Positions 33,575 through 42,701 of a stretch of DNA of 64,000 bases are shown here, piece after piece (the stretch's first letter is position 1; each line of letters starts with the position of its first letter). The DNA is from Acidimicrobiia bacterium (lineage in GTDB: Bacteria; Actinomycetota; Acidimicrobiia; Spongiisociales; ZC4RG35). The DNA lies in NCBI GenBank assembly GCA_035249605.1, contig DATFGI010000028.1, positions 4,616 through 68,615 of the forward strand, read 5' to 3'. The notes under the pieces are model-generated. The model searched no databases. It was given only the letters and a program-made list of their open reading frames with translations, and was not told where the DNA came from. Made by a program: the position numbers and the translations under genes.

Positions 33575-34378
33575 TTGGGCTCGATGATCCTCGACCTGGA
33601 GAGATGGCGTCCTCCCGTGGCCATTGCCCATCGGGGGAGTCGTCTGCTGTGGCCCGAAAACACCGACACCTCATTCCAGGGCGCATACGACCTCGGCTAT
33701 CGACACTTCGAGACCGACCTCCACGTCACCGCCGACGGCGTCGTGGTCTGCTTCCACGACCCCGACGTCGAGCGGACCACCGAAGGCCGGGGCTTGGTGG
33801 AGGAGTTGACTCTGACACAGCTTCAGAACCTCGACCCCGGGTTCCGCCATGTCACGCCGGACGGGTACGTCTTCAGACAGGCGGGGTCCCGGGTGCCCAC
33901 GGTGGAATGGCTGCTCAGCACATACCCCGATGTCTCCGTGGTCGTCGATCTCAAATGCGCCGGTGTCGCCGCCCCGCTCGCCGCGATCATCGAAGATCTC
34001 GACGCTCACCGGAGGGTGATCGTGGGCTCGTTCTCCGAAGCAAGGCTGGCCGAGTTCAGAGAGCTCAGCCGGGGACGGGTGGCAACTTCATCTGGTCCGG
34101 CGGCCTCGAGGCTGTGGGTGCTCGCCTCCCGTGTGGGTCGTGGGGTGCGGGGAGAAGCTGCCGCGCTGCAGCTCCCGGCGAGGATGCGGGGGGTACGCGT
34201 GGTCGACCGGAGGCTGGTGGCGGCGGCGCATGCCGACGGCCTGCAGGTCCATGTCTGGACCGTCAACGAACCGGCCGAGATGAGACGGCTCCTCGACCTT
34301 GGTGTCGATGGTGTCATCACGGACCGGCCCGACCTGCTCAAAGAGGTGCTCATCGAGAGAGGGGAGTGGAGGGAATGA
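33575..34378 (+). CDS. Glycerophosphodiester phosphodiesterase family protein.
   Basis: IAHRGSRLLWPENT, FETDLHVTADGVVVCFHD and HVWTVNE are present. Confidence 0.85.
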   Translation: MGSMILDLERWRPPVAIAHRGSRLLWPENTDTSFQGAYDLGYRHFETDLHVTADGVVVCFHDPDVERTTEGRGLVEELTLTQLQNLDPGFRHVTPDGYVFRQAGSRVPTVEWLLSTYPDVSVVVDLKCAGVAAPLAAIIEDLDAHRRVIVGSFSEARLAEFRELSRGRVATSSGPAASRLWVLASRVGRGVRGEAAALQLPARMRGVRVVDRRLVAAAHADGLQVHVWTVNEPAEMRRLLDLGVDGVITDRPDLLKEVLIERGEWRE

Positions 34379-34872
34379 TCGTATTGATCGCATCCGTGGT
34401 CATCGGTGGAGTGTTTGGCGCAGCCACCGCGACCGTGGAATCCAACGACGGCGAGGTGATGGTCCTCGAGATCGAAGTCGAGCTGGACGGGACGCCCACA
34501 GCCGTGGTCGCCCATCTCGCCTTCGACGACGAGCCGGAGCTCACCGTTCCCCTGCTCGACCGGGGGAATGGGGAATTCGGGATCACCACCGAGCTGGAGC
34601 CGAAGAACTACGTGGTGGTCTTCGAGTCGATAGGCGATGAGGGCGAGACCTCCGACCCGGTGACTCTATCTCAGATGGGAGCCGATCTCGGGCCCGAGCC
34701 GGGCGAGTCCGGCCAGGAGTCGGAGGATGAGGGCCTGAGCATCGAATCTAGCCGGTTGCTCTGGCTCGCCGTCGCCCTGGGGGCAGCGTCGTTGTCGGTG
34801 CTGGCCTTCTGGGTCCTCGGTGGCCGCGACGAGCGTGTTGAAGTCGTGGTGGTCGAGGACGATGAACAATGA
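34375..34872 (+). CDS. Hypothetical bitopic membrane protein (N- and C-terminal TM helices, acidic extracytoplasmic domain).
   Basis: ATGA overlap with the upstream stop. This is the 3' part of track ORF 33544..34872. Good GC3 bias. Confidence 0.5.
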   Translation: MIVLIASVVIGGVFGAATATVESNDGEVMVLEIEVELDGTPTAVVAHLAFDDEPELTVPLLDRGNGEFGITTELEPKNYVVVFESIGDEGETSDPVTLSQMGADLGPEPGESGQESEDEGLSIESSRLLWLAVALGAASLSVLAFWVLGGRDERVEVVVVEDDEQ

Positions 34873-35371
34873 GCTGATCCGCTGGGGTAGGCCTGAGGAC
34901 GCGGGAGCCATCTCCGACGTCCATGTCACCGCCTGGCAACAGGCGTACCGGGGGATCCTCGGCGACGAGTACCTCGACTCGCTCGACCGGGGTGCTCGTC
35001 AGGCATGGTGGGCGTCGTATCTGTCCCGGGGATCCCGGGTCCACGTGGCCGAGCACGACGGTGCGGTCGTTGGTTTCTGCACCCCGGGCGTCTCCAACGA
35101 GGCCGGCTGGGGCGAGATCTTCGCCATCTACGTCCACCCTGAGCATTGGGGTACCGGGATTGGGCGCGAGCTCATCGTCGCCGGAGAGTCGACGGTCCTC
35201 GCCTCAGGTCTCGACCGGGCCCTGCTCTGGGTGCTCGAGGACAACCGACGAGCCCGCGCCTTCTACGAGCGGCAGGGGTGGTCGCCGGGGAAGCCGATCC
35301 GCATCGAGAACATCGGGGGAGTCCAGGTGACCGAGGTCAGGTACGAGAAGGATCTGAGAGAAGCGCCCTGA
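34862..35371 (+). CDS. GNAT-family N-acetyltransferase.
   Basis: IFAIYVHPEHWGTGIGRELI (acetyl-CoA-binding Q/RxxGxG/A-like motif) and ARAFYERQGW. Confidence 0.8.
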   Translation: MNNELIRWGRPEDAGAISDVHVTAWQQAYRGILGDEYLDSLDRGARQAWWASYLSRGSRVHVAEHDGAVVGFCTPGVSNEAGWGEIFAIYVHPEHWGTGIGRELIVAGESTVLASGLDRALLWVLEDNRRARAFYERQGWSPGKPIRIENIGGVQVTEVRYEKDLREAP

Positions 35372-35987
35372 CCCGCTCCAGGTCGGGCGGGTAGGTCACC
35401 TTGATGTTGTCTCGATCCCCGGGAACGGTCACGATCTCCACCTCGCCAAACCGTTCCATGACCTCGACGGTGTCGTCACCCTCGAACCCCGTTTCCGCCG
35501 CTTCCGCATAGGCGGCGAGCAACGCCGGGCCCCGGAACACCTGTGGAGTCTGCGCCATGCCCAAGCCCGGCACGGGCAAGTGGGTGGCCCTGTCGAGGAT
35601 GAGAGCATCGCTGAGGAGTACCGGGACCGCGCCACCATGTTGGGCGGCCAAGTCGAAGAGTCGGCGCACCATCCCTGTGGACACCGCGGGACGGGCCGCG
35701 TCGTGGATCCCGATCAGGTCGGGCTCGCCGTCGAGGGCGGCCAGGCCGGCGATCTCGCTCGCGGTCCTGGTGGCACCACCTGCGGTGACGACCACCCGCG
35801 GGTGGAGCGAGGAGATCCGGTCCATGGTCTCGGGCCGGCAAACCACGACACAAACGTCGGCGGCGCCGGCCACGGCGGCGATGGTGTGGGAGATCAACGG
35901 CGCTCCCGCAGCCTCGGTCAGGAGCTTGTCATCGCCGAACCGGGTGCTGGAACCACCGCCCACGACGATCATGGCCCGTGACGGCAT
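35337..35987 (-). CDS. ispD: 2-C-methyl-D-erythritol 4-phosphate cytidylyltransferase.
   Basis: IVVGGGSSTRFG..DKLL, IHDAARP and DDTVEVMER are present. ATG 35987 lies 7 nt after a TACTCT hexamer. The longer track ORF adds only an Arg/Pro-rich extension. Confidence 0.85.
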   Translation of the reverse strand: MPSRAMIVVGGGSSTRFGDDKLLTEAAGAPLISHTIAAVAGAADVCVVVCRPETMDRISSLHPRVVVTAGGATRTASEIAGLAALDGEPDLIGIHDAARPAVSTGMVRRLFDLAAQHGGAVPVLLSDALILDRATHLPVPGLGMAQTPQVFRGPALLAAYAEAAETGFEGDDTVEVMERFGEVEIVTVPGDRDNIKVTYPPDLERVRALLSDPSRT

Positions 35988-35994
35988 CGAGGCG

Positions 35995-36004
35995 AGAGTA
36001 CTTT
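35995..36004. promoter_or_regulatory. Overlapping divergent -10-like hexamers for two apparently leaderless genes.
   Basis: AGAGTACTTT contains plus-strand TACTTT (35999-36004, 6 nt before ATG 36011) and minus-strand TACTCT (36000-35995, 7 nt before ATG 35987). Confidence 0.4.
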
Positions 36005-36010
36005 GATCCG

Positions 36011-36355
36011 ATGATCTCCCTCTCCGCTTTGCGCGATCACCTGGTCGGCGACCGGGTGGTCTTCGACAAGGACGGGGTGGTGCTGGACATGGCGGTTTCC
36101 GACCTCGTGGGCCCGGCCACATTTCTCGTCTCCGCGATCACCGACGCGGTGAAGCGAGTAGAGGCCGATCGGGTGGTCGGGTCGGTCCCAAGGGACGATA
36201 TGTGGCTGGTGGACGCCATCGTCCTCGACCGACAGGTCCTGGACACTCTCGGTGACGTTTCGTTGAGCACGGCGGAGTTGCTCGAGGCGGTGGGGGCCGC
36301 CGGCTACGGGTGGGAGGTCAGCTCGACTTCCGGCCCTTCAGCGCCCAGTAGGTGA
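36011..36355 (+). CDS. Hypothetical protein.
   Basis: 114-aa ORF with strong GC3 bias and no recognised motif. Its 3' end overlaps the convergent HAD gene by 38 nt. Confidence 0.45.
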   Translation: MISLSALRDHLVGDRVVFDKDGVVLDMAVSDLVGPATFLVSAITDAVKRVEADRVVGSVPRDDMWLVDAIVLDRQVLDTLGDVSLSTAELLEAVGAAGYGWEVSSTSGPSAPSR

Positions 36356-37091
36356 GGATGGCGGCGATGCCGGTGGCCACCGCCCCGGATGCGGCGATGG
36401 CGGGCAATCTGTCGCGCAGGGTGACCGCCCTCTCGAACCGACGCACCTCCCAGCCTCGCTCCGCGGCGACCGCGGCGAGTTGGGAGTCGGGGTTGACCAC
36501 CACCGGGTGCCCCACCACCTCGAGCATCGGTAGGTCGGTCATCGAGTCGCTGTAGGCGTAGCTGGCCCGAAGGTCGATGTCCTCCGCATCCGCCAGGTCC
36601 CGGATCGCCTCCGCCTTGCCCGGGCCGTAGGCGTAGAGCTCGAGCTCACCGGTGTAGCGGCCCTCCTCGTCCACCTCGGCCCGGGTGGCGATCACGTCGT
36701 CGATCCCGAGATGACGGCAAAGGGGTCGGACGATCTCCTCGGGGCTGGCCGAGATGACCACGACCCTGCGCCCGGCACCGCGGTGCTCGGCCATGATGGC
36801 CAACGCCTCGGCGTAGACCAGGGGGGTCACCACCTCGTCGACGGTCTCCCTGACCACCGCTTCGACCTCATCCCGGGACCAACCCCTGGTGAGCGTGGAT
36901 AGCTCGTCCTTCACCCGCTCCAGCTGTTCGTGGTCGGCCCCGAACGCCTGGTAGTAGGCCTGTGCGATCCCTGCTTTGGCCAGGGTGGTCCCGCTGAGCA
37001 GGCCGGCTTTGAACATCGGCCGGGTGAACGCGAGCGTCGATGACCTGGCGATGATGGTCTTGTCGAGGTCGAAGAAGGCCGCGGCGGTCAT
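36318..37091 (-). CDS. HAD-IB family hydrolase (SerB-like) with a C-terminal TM segment.
   Basis: MTAAAFFDLDKTII (DxDxT motif), VISASPEE and AYSDSMTDLPML. Start reset to ATG 37091; the 535-aa track ORF is a 5' over-extension. Confidence 0.85.
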   Translation of the reverse strand: MTAAAFFDLDKTIIARSSTLAFTRPMFKAGLLSGTTLAKAGIAQAYYQAFGADHEQLERVKDELSTLTRGWSRDEVEAVVRETVDEVVTPLVYAEALAIMAEHRGAGRRVVVISASPEEIVRPLCRHLGIDDVIATRAEVDEEGRYTGELELYAYGPGKAEAIRDLADAEDIDLRASYAYSDSMTDLPMLEVVGHPVVVNPDSQLAAVAAERGWEVRRFERAVTLRDRLPAIAASGAVATGIAAILTYWALKGRKSS

Positions 37092-37161
37092 CGCGATCAA
37101 GTTAACCGCGGCCCCCACGAGGGTCTTGTTTGTGTCCCGGCCGCACCATAGGTTCGGCGTC

Positions 37162-37716
37162 ATGACCGGGAAGGGGAGACATCCGGTGTTGGGCGTGCGC
37201 TCGCCCGACATGATCCTGTCGGTGGTGGCGCCCATAGGCCTCGCTGCCGCGGCGGGCACCGCTCTCGTCGTCGATCTCGCCGCCGAGATGGCGGCGACGA
37301 CCACCCGCAGCCTGGCTGACATCCGGGCCGATGGCCCGACACTGGCCGAGATCAGCCCGGGCCGGGGCGGGGTGGCGCTCATCGCCGGTGGCGGCACCGA
37401 CCGCGCCGAGACCACCGAATTGGTGAAACGCCTGTCATCGCGGTGGCCGGCCATCGTGGTCAGGGTGGACGGAGACGGATGGGACTTCCCGGTGGTCCCC
37501 GTGTTCCCACTGTTCGGCGGGCGGCTCGCCCCGGTCCCCAGGGGTCTGACCGGCGTCTGGCAGCCCGTGGGAACAGGGGGGTCCCCACCCGGCCCCGGAC
37601 CGGTGCTGCCTCGACTCCGCACCGGCTCCTTGCGACGCATGCTCGAGGGGCATCTGCCCCGTAGAAGCGGATGGGTGGCTGCCTGGGCCCCGGTCTGGGA
37701 GATGCCATGGGCGTGA
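37162..37716 (+). CDS. Short, P-loop-less CpaE/Ssd-like protein at the head of the Tad-like locus (tentative).
   Basis: It sits where the CpaE-like (Ssd) gene lies in actinobacterial helicase/secretion-neighbourhood loci and is translationally coupled to the ATPase gene (overlap 37707-37716). No GKT/GKS Walker A appears in the translation. Confidence 0.45.
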   Translation: MTGKGRHPVLGVRSPDMILSVVAPIGLAAAAGTALVVDLAAEMAATTTRSLADIRADGPTLAEISPGRGGVALIAGGGTDRAETTELVKRLSSRWPAIVVRVDGDGWDFPVVPVFPLFGGRLAPVPRGLTGVWQPVGTGGSPPGPGPVLPRLRTGSLRRMLEGHLPRRSGWVAAWAPVWEMPWA

Positions 37717-38753
37717 TCGACAGGGTCGCCCGGGTGATCGCCCTCGGCGACACCGACCTCGATCGGGGTGACCTCGCCACCGAGGCGCGGCGGTTGCTCG
37801 ACCTGGAGGCGCCATGGCTCGCTGTCGGCGCCGTCGACGAGGTCGTCGACCGTGTGGTGGGTCTGGGCCCGGTCCAGAGACTGTTCGACGATCCCAACGT
37901 GAGCGATGTCCTGGTCAACGGGCACCGCGAGGTTTGGGTGGACCGAGGCGCGGATCTGGAGCGGGTCCCGGTCTCCTTCGTGTCCGACGAGGACCTGGTG
38001 GCAACGGTCGAGCGTGTCATCGCACCATTGGGACTACGTCTCGACCGAGCGTCGCCGATGGTCGACGCACGGCTGCCCGATGGCTCCCGTCTCCATGCAG
38101 TGCTGCCTCCGGCGTCGGTGGATCACCCGTTGCTGGCGATCCGGCGTTTCACGCAACGTGTCGCCAAGTTGGACGACCTGGTCGCCGCGGGCACTGCGAC
38201 CGAGGCCCAGGTCTCCCGATTGGTCGAAGCTGTGCAGAAGCGGAGAACCATCGTGGTTTCCGGCGGCACCGGCGCCGGCAAGACGACCTTGCTCAACCTG
38301 CTCGCCGGTGTCATTGCTCCGACGGAACGTGTGGTCACCATCGAGGAGGCCGCCGAGCTCGCCTTACCTGGGCACGTGGTACGTCTCGAGGCGAGACCGG
38401 CCAACGCGGAGGGGGCGGGAGCCATCACCGTTCGCTCCCTGTTGCGCTCCGCCCTCCGACTACGCCCCGATCGCATCATCGTTGGGGAAGTGCGCGGCGT
38501 CGAGGCGCTCGACTTGATATCGGCGCTCAACACCGGCCATCGCGGATCGCTCACCACTGTCCACGCCAACTCCCCCGAGCAGTCCCTCCTCCGCCTCGAG
38601 ACGCTGGCGCTCAGCGCCGGCGACACGTCCGAGGCGGCTGTCAGCAGACAGCTCCGGACCGCGGTCGACCTGGTGGTGCAGATAGAGCGAGCGGCCGGGT
38701 TGCGCCGGATCGTGGCCATTGCCGACACCGCTGACCTGGGAGGGACTGCGTGA
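37707..38753 (+). CDS. TadA/CpaF-family type II/IV secretion ATPase.
   Basis: Walker A GGTGAGKTTLLN, Asp box VTIEEAAEL, Walker B RIIVGEVRG and His box GHRGSLTTVHAN. Confidence 0.9.
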   Translation: MGVIDRVARVIALGDTDLDRGDLATEARRLLDLEAPWLAVGAVDEVVDRVVGLGPVQRLFDDPNVSDVLVNGHREVWVDRGADLERVPVSFVSDEDLVATVERVIAPLGLRLDRASPMVDARLPDGSRLHAVLPPASVDHPLLAIRRFTQRVAKLDDLVAAGTATEAQVSRLVEAVQKRRTIVVSGGTGAGKTTLLNLLAGVIAPTERVVTIEEAAELALPGHVVRLEARPANAEGAGAITVRSLLRSALRLRPDRIIVGEVRGVEALDLISALNTGHRGSLTTVHANSPEQSLLRLETLALSAGDTSEAAVSRQLRTAVDLVVQIERAAGLRRIVAIADTADLGGTA

Positions 38754-39385
38754 TCGTCCCGCTTCTTCTAGCCACGGCCATCGCCCTCGACGTCGACATC
38801 CGTCGAGTCGTCCTTCTCGCCGCAGTGGCCTACCTGCCCGAGCTGGTGGCCGCGGGCATCGCTCTGATGATTTGGAGGGGGCGTCCCGGCGAGGACACCA
38901 AGCCGGCTCTGTTCTGCGAGGCGGTTGCCTCCGAGTTGCGTGCCGGATCGACCCTGCGTCAGGCGGTGGCCGGCGCCGCCGTCTCCGTCGCCGGCCTTGT
39001 CGTCGGCCCGGATCGGTCCCTCGGCGACCTCGCCGACGACATCGCCACTGAGTTCCCACAGATCGAGCAGGAGTTGAGGCTCACCCTGGTCGCTGCGGCG
39101 AGGACGGGAAGCGACGCGGCCGCGCTCTTCGACGAGATCGGCTTTCTCGCCCTCGCCCAATCGGAGATCCGCCGGGAGGTGAGGGTGGCAACCGCTCCCG
39201 GACGCGCCACTGCCCTGGTGTTGGTGGGAGCTCCCGTCGCATATGTGCTCGGTCAGGCGGGGGGTGGTGGGCTTGCCGACCTCCTGGCGTCACCACAACA
39301 GCGAGTGGTGGCCTTGCTCGGCCTGGGTCTCCTAATGCTCGGCCTCGCTCTCGCTGCCGTGGTGGTGTGGAGGGCGGAGAGATGA
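38750..39385 (+). CDS. Type II secretion system F-family membrane protein (TadB-like).
   Basis: 4-nt overlap with the ATPase stop. TM-soluble-TM topology with a T2SSF-like helical core (AAARTGSDAAALFDEI). Confidence 0.65.
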   Translation: MIVPLLLATAIALDVDIRRVVLLAAVAYLPELVAAGIALMIWRGRPGEDTKPALFCEAVASELRAGSTLRQAVAGAAVSVAGLVVGPDRSLGDLADDIATEFPQIEQELRLTLVAAARTGSDAAALFDEIGFLALAQSEIRREVRVATAPGRATALVLVGAPVAYVLGQAGGGGLADLLASPQQRVVALLGLGLLMLGLALAAVVVWRAER

Positions 39386-39921
39386 GGCTGGTGCTCTCGG
39401 CGTCATGCGGCATGATGATGGCCGGTCCGGTTGGAGCGGTCGTCGGGGCCGTCGCCCCGCTCCTCTGGAGCAGGTGGAGGAACCGACCCGAACCGGATCC
39501 GCCGGTCCGGCTGGTCATGCTGTTGCTTCTCGTCGGCTTGCGATCGGGTCTCTCGGTGCTTGCCAGCCTGGTCGAAGCGTCGCGGGCGCTGCCCCGCTAT
39601 GCCGTCCTGCGATCGGTGGCGCGGGTGGCACGGGTCTCCGGGCTCATGGAGTCCCTGACCCATGCCGACGAGGGGCTCCGCCCCCTGTTGGCCCAGCTGG
39701 CCAGGGCGCAGCGATCCGGGGCCTCGCTGAGTGGAGCGGTCCGGCGCATGCTCGACACCGAGCTCGCCGCCGAGAAGGCTCGACGGATCGCCAGGGCACG
39801 TTCCCTCCCCGTCAAGTTGATGATCCCGGTGACACTGCTGATGCTCCCCGGGCTCGTCCTCCTTCTCTACGGGCCCTCGCTTCTCAGCATGTTCTCGGAG
39901 CTGACCGGGGCCCTGGGATGA
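39382..39921 (+). CDS. Type II secretion system F-family membrane protein (TadC-like).
   Basis: ATGA overlap. LAQLARAQRSGASLSGAVRRM...LPVKLMIPVTLLMLPGLVLLL. Confidence 0.65.
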   Translation: MRLVLSASCGMMMAGPVGAVVGAVAPLLWSRWRNRPEPDPPVRLVMLLLLVGLRSGLSVLASLVEASRALPRYAVLRSVARVARVSGLMESLTHADEGLRPLLAQLARAQRSGASLSGAVRRMLDTELAAEKARRIARARSLPVKLMIPVTLLMLPGLVLLLYGPSLLSMFSELTGALG

Positions 39922-39957
39922 CTTCCGCACTTCCTCCCGCACCGGTCGGCTACCGGC

Positions 39958-40170
39958 ATGGAAGGAGTGTCAATGACACGAATCTGGAACTGGGTGATGA
40001 CCCGGCTCGATGACGATCGGGGACAGGCCACCGTGGAGTACTTCCTGGTGATCCTGGCTGCCACCGCCCTGGCCATCATCGCCCTCAAATGGATCCAATC
40101 GGGGAGTGGTGGCGGACTCCTCGGCGACCTTTTCAGCAAGGTCATCTCTTGGGTCGCAGGCGCTTTCTGA
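39958..40170 (+). CDS. Flp-like / DUF4244-type small pilin-like protein.
   Basis: Prepilin-like motif RGQATVEYFLVILAATALAII (G/xxxxEY). 70 aa; ATG 39973 is an alternative start. Confidence 0.7.
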   Translation: MEGVSMTRIWNWVMTRLDDDRGQATVEYFLVILAATALAIIALKWIQSGSGGGLLGDLFSKVISWVAGAF

Positions 40171-40532
40171 GCGAGGAACGGGGGTCGGTGACGGTGGAGT
40201 TCTTCCTGGTCATCCCTCTCCTCATCGTGGTGCTGGCCGCCGGGATCCAGGTGATCTCGGTGGCCCGCACCCGGGTCGAGTTGCTCGGAGCGGTGCGGGA
40301 GGGAGCACGTGTGGCCGCGACCACCCCCGACCCGGCCCGCGCCGTGGCCGCGGTGCGGGACGCCCTCTCGCCCCATGAGCGCGACCGGGTGCGGATCTCG
40401 GTCAGCCGGCCCAGCGTGGTGGGCAAACCGGCGCGGGTCACGGCCCGACTCCTTCATGTGCTCCCCGTTCCACTCATCGATGACTTCGGAGTCGAGGTTT
40501 CGGCATCGGCGACGATGCTCGTCGAGCGTTGA
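40149..40532 (+). CDS. TadE-like protein.
   Basis: ERGSVTVEFFLVIPLLIVVLAAG is an N-terminal TadE motif. The start is uncertain (TTG 40149 or GTG 40188). Confidence 0.65.
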   Translation: MGRRRFLSEERGSVTVEFFLVIPLLIVVLAAGIQVISVARTRVELLGAVREGARVAATTPDPARAVAAVRDALSPHERDRVRISVSRPSVVGKPARVTARLLHVLPVPLIDDFGVEVSASATMLVER

Positions 40533-40915
40533 GCGGCGACAGGGGTGCGGTCACCCTGGTGATGACCGCCCTGATGGCGGTCGTCGCGGTGTCCGCCATC
40601 GCAGTGGCCGCTCTGACATCGTTGTACGCGGCGCGGGCCCAAGCCCAGGCGGCTGCGGACGCCGGCGCCCTCGCCGCCGCAGTCGCCACCTACCCGCCCG
40701 CCGGTGACGGTGAGCCGACGGCGCGGGCGAGGTCTGTGGTCGAGGCCAATGGTGCCTTCCTGCTCGGATGCAGCTGCGCCCGTGACGGTCGGCTGACGGT
40801 GCGGGTCGTCGAGGTGGTCGCGGGGGTCCGGGCCCGGGTTCCCGTGTTCGGCGAGGTGACGGTCAGAGGGTCGAGCCGGGCCGAGTTCGACCCGATCCGA
40901 TGGCTGCGACCATGA
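40529..40915 (+). CDS. Rv3654c-type TadE-like protein.
   Basis: DRGAVTLVMTALMAVVAV...AQAAADAGALAAA pattern. 4-nt overlap with the upstream gene. Confidence 0.6.
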   Translation: MSGDRGAVTLVMTALMAVVAVSAIAVAALTSLYAARAQAQAAADAGALAAAVATYPPAGDGEPTARARSVVEANGAFLLGCSCARDGRLTVRVVEVVAGVRARVPVFGEVTVRGSSRAEFDPIRWLRP

Positions 40916-40961
40916 ACGCGGCGGAGGAGGCCAGGCCGAAACCGTCGATATCCTGCCCGCC

Positions 40962-42692
40962 ATGGTCACCCGCTCCGAGGCGATACGCATGCTCATCGAG
41001 CTGGCCAGGCTCACCACCCTCGAAGAGGAATCCCCACAGGCCTTCAAGGTGAGGGCCTACGAGAACGCGGTCGCCGGCATCGAGGCCCACCCCGACGAGC
41101 TCGAGGGGCTCACCAAGGCGGAGCTGACCAAGATAAAGGGCGTCGGCGCAGCGACGGCGGACAAGATCCTGGAGCTGGCCAAGACGGGCAAGGTGGCCAA
41201 GCTCGAGACGTTGCGGGCGAAGTACCCGCCTTCGTTCGTCGAGCTCACCAAGATCCCCGGCCTCGGGCCCAAGACGCTGCTGATGATCCGGGAGCGTCTC
41301 GGAGTCGAGGACATCGCGGGTCTGCGGGAGGCCATCGAATCGGAGAGCCTGCGTGACCTCCCCGGGCTCGGGGAGAAGTCCGAGGAGAAGCTCAAGAAGG
41401 CCATCGACCGGCTCGGCATGCACGGCAAGGATCGGCGCACCCCTCTGGTCGACGTCTACGGGTTCGCCCAAGGATTGGCGCAACGACTCCAGAGCATCGA
41501 CGGGGTGGCCTCGGCGGTCCCATGCGGCTCGATGAGGAGGTTTTCCGAGACGGTCGGGGACATCGACCTCGTCGTGGGCACCACCGAGCCGGCGACGATC
41601 CACCGGGAGGTGCTGGCCATGCCGGAAGTCGCCGAGGTCGTCGGTTCAGGCGAGACCAAGACGTCGTTTCTCACCAGGGAGGGTCTCCAGGTCGACGTGC
41701 GCACCGTGCAACCCAACCAGCTGGGCTCGGCCCTCCTCTACTTCACGGGATCCAAGGCGCACAACATCCAGCTGCGACAGCGGGCTCTCGACCGAGGCTG
41801 GCTGCTCAGCGAGTACGGGTTGTTCGAGGGGGAGAAGGTGGTTGCCTCGGCCACCGAGGCCGACATCTACGCCGCCCTCGATCTCGAGTTCGTCCCCCCC
41901 ACTCTTCGGGAGGGGGCCGGGGAGGTGGCGGCGGCAGCCGGAGACAGTCTTCCCGACCTGGTGACACGGGACCGGATCAGGGGCGACTTGCATTACCACT
42001 GCGACCGGTCCGGGGACGGCCGCTCCAGCCTCGAGGAGATGGTGGAGGCAGCGATCAACGCCGGCTACGAGTACGTGGCCTTCACCGACCATGGCGAGAA
42101 CCTGGCGATCAACGGTTCCAGCCGCGAGGAGATGCTCGCCCACCGTGATCGCATCAGGAAGCTGGACGCCACTTATCCGGAGATCCGGTTGCTCTTCGGT
42201 TGTGAGCTGAACATCGGTGCCGACGGCCAGCTCGACTACGACGCCGGGTTCCGGCTCGAATTCGACTACTGCGTCGCCTCCATCCACTCACACTTCGACC
42301 TGCCCGAGGACCGGCAGACAGCTCGCATACTCACCGCCCTCGCCGATCCTTCGGTCAACGCCATCGGCCATCTCAGCGGGAGGTACATCGGCCGCAGACC
42401 CGGTGTCGAGCTCGATGTGGCCGCAGTGCTCGAAGGGCTCGCCGTGACCGGCGTTGCCCTCGAGATCAACGGTGCTCTCGATCGTCTCGACGCCACCACC
42501 GAGGTGGCGCGACAGGCGATGACTGCCGGTGTGGACATCGTCATCGACACCGACTCCCACCACATCTCCGACCTGCGCCGGATGGAGTTCGGTGTGCTCT
42601 ACGCCCAGCGCGCCTGGGTCACCAACTCCCGGGTGGTGAACACCCGGGAGCCCGACGAGTTCGTCGATTGGTCCCGGCGCCGGCGCGCGTAG
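40962..42692 (+). CDS. polX: Family X DNA polymerase with a C-terminal PHP phosphoesterase domain (PolX).
   Basis: HhH motifs (FKVRAYENA, IKGVGAATADKI, IPGLGPKT), the polymerase-beta palm (GDIDLVV) and a PHP domain (GDLHYHCDRSGDG...FTDHG). Confidence 0.9.
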   Translation: MVTRSEAIRMLIELARLTTLEEESPQAFKVRAYENAVAGIEAHPDELEGLTKAELTKIKGVGAATADKILELAKTGKVAKLETLRAKYPPSFVELTKIPGLGPKTLLMIRERLGVEDIAGLREAIESESLRDLPGLGEKSEEKLKKAIDRLGMHGKDRRTPLVDVYGFAQGLAQRLQSIDGVASAVPCGSMRRFSETVGDIDLVVGTTEPATIHREVLAMPEVAEVVGSGETKTSFLTREGLQVDVRTVQPNQLGSALLYFTGSKAHNIQLRQRALDRGWLLSEYGLFEGEKVVASATEADIYAALDLEFVPPTLREGAGEVAAAAGDSLPDLVTRDRIRGDLHYHCDRSGDGRSSLEEMVEAAINAGYEYVAFTDHGENLAINGSSREEMLAHRDRIRKLDATYPEIRLLFGCELNIGADGQLDYDAGFRLEFDYCVASIHSHFDLPEDRQTARILTALADPSVNAIGHLSGRYIGRRPGVELDVAAVLEGLAVTGVALEINGALDRLDATTEVARQAMTAGVDIVIDTDSHHISDLRRMEFGVLYAQRAWVTNSRVVNTREPDEFVDWSRRRRA

Positions 42693-42701
42693 ATTGAGCC
42701 C

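Noticed and set aside
33544-34374. 5' two-thirds of the 442-aa track ORF 33544-34872.
   Set aside because: This part overlaps the well-supported glycerophosphodiesterase frame and translates to Arg/Pro/Gly-rich low complexity. Only the last 165 codons, from ATG 34375, look like a real gene.
37092-37925. 5' extension of track ORF 36318-37925 (535 aa).
   Set aside because: The HAD-IB hydrolase begins with its DxDxT motif at ATG 37091. The extension is antisense to the Tad-like locus genes and is compositionally non-coding.
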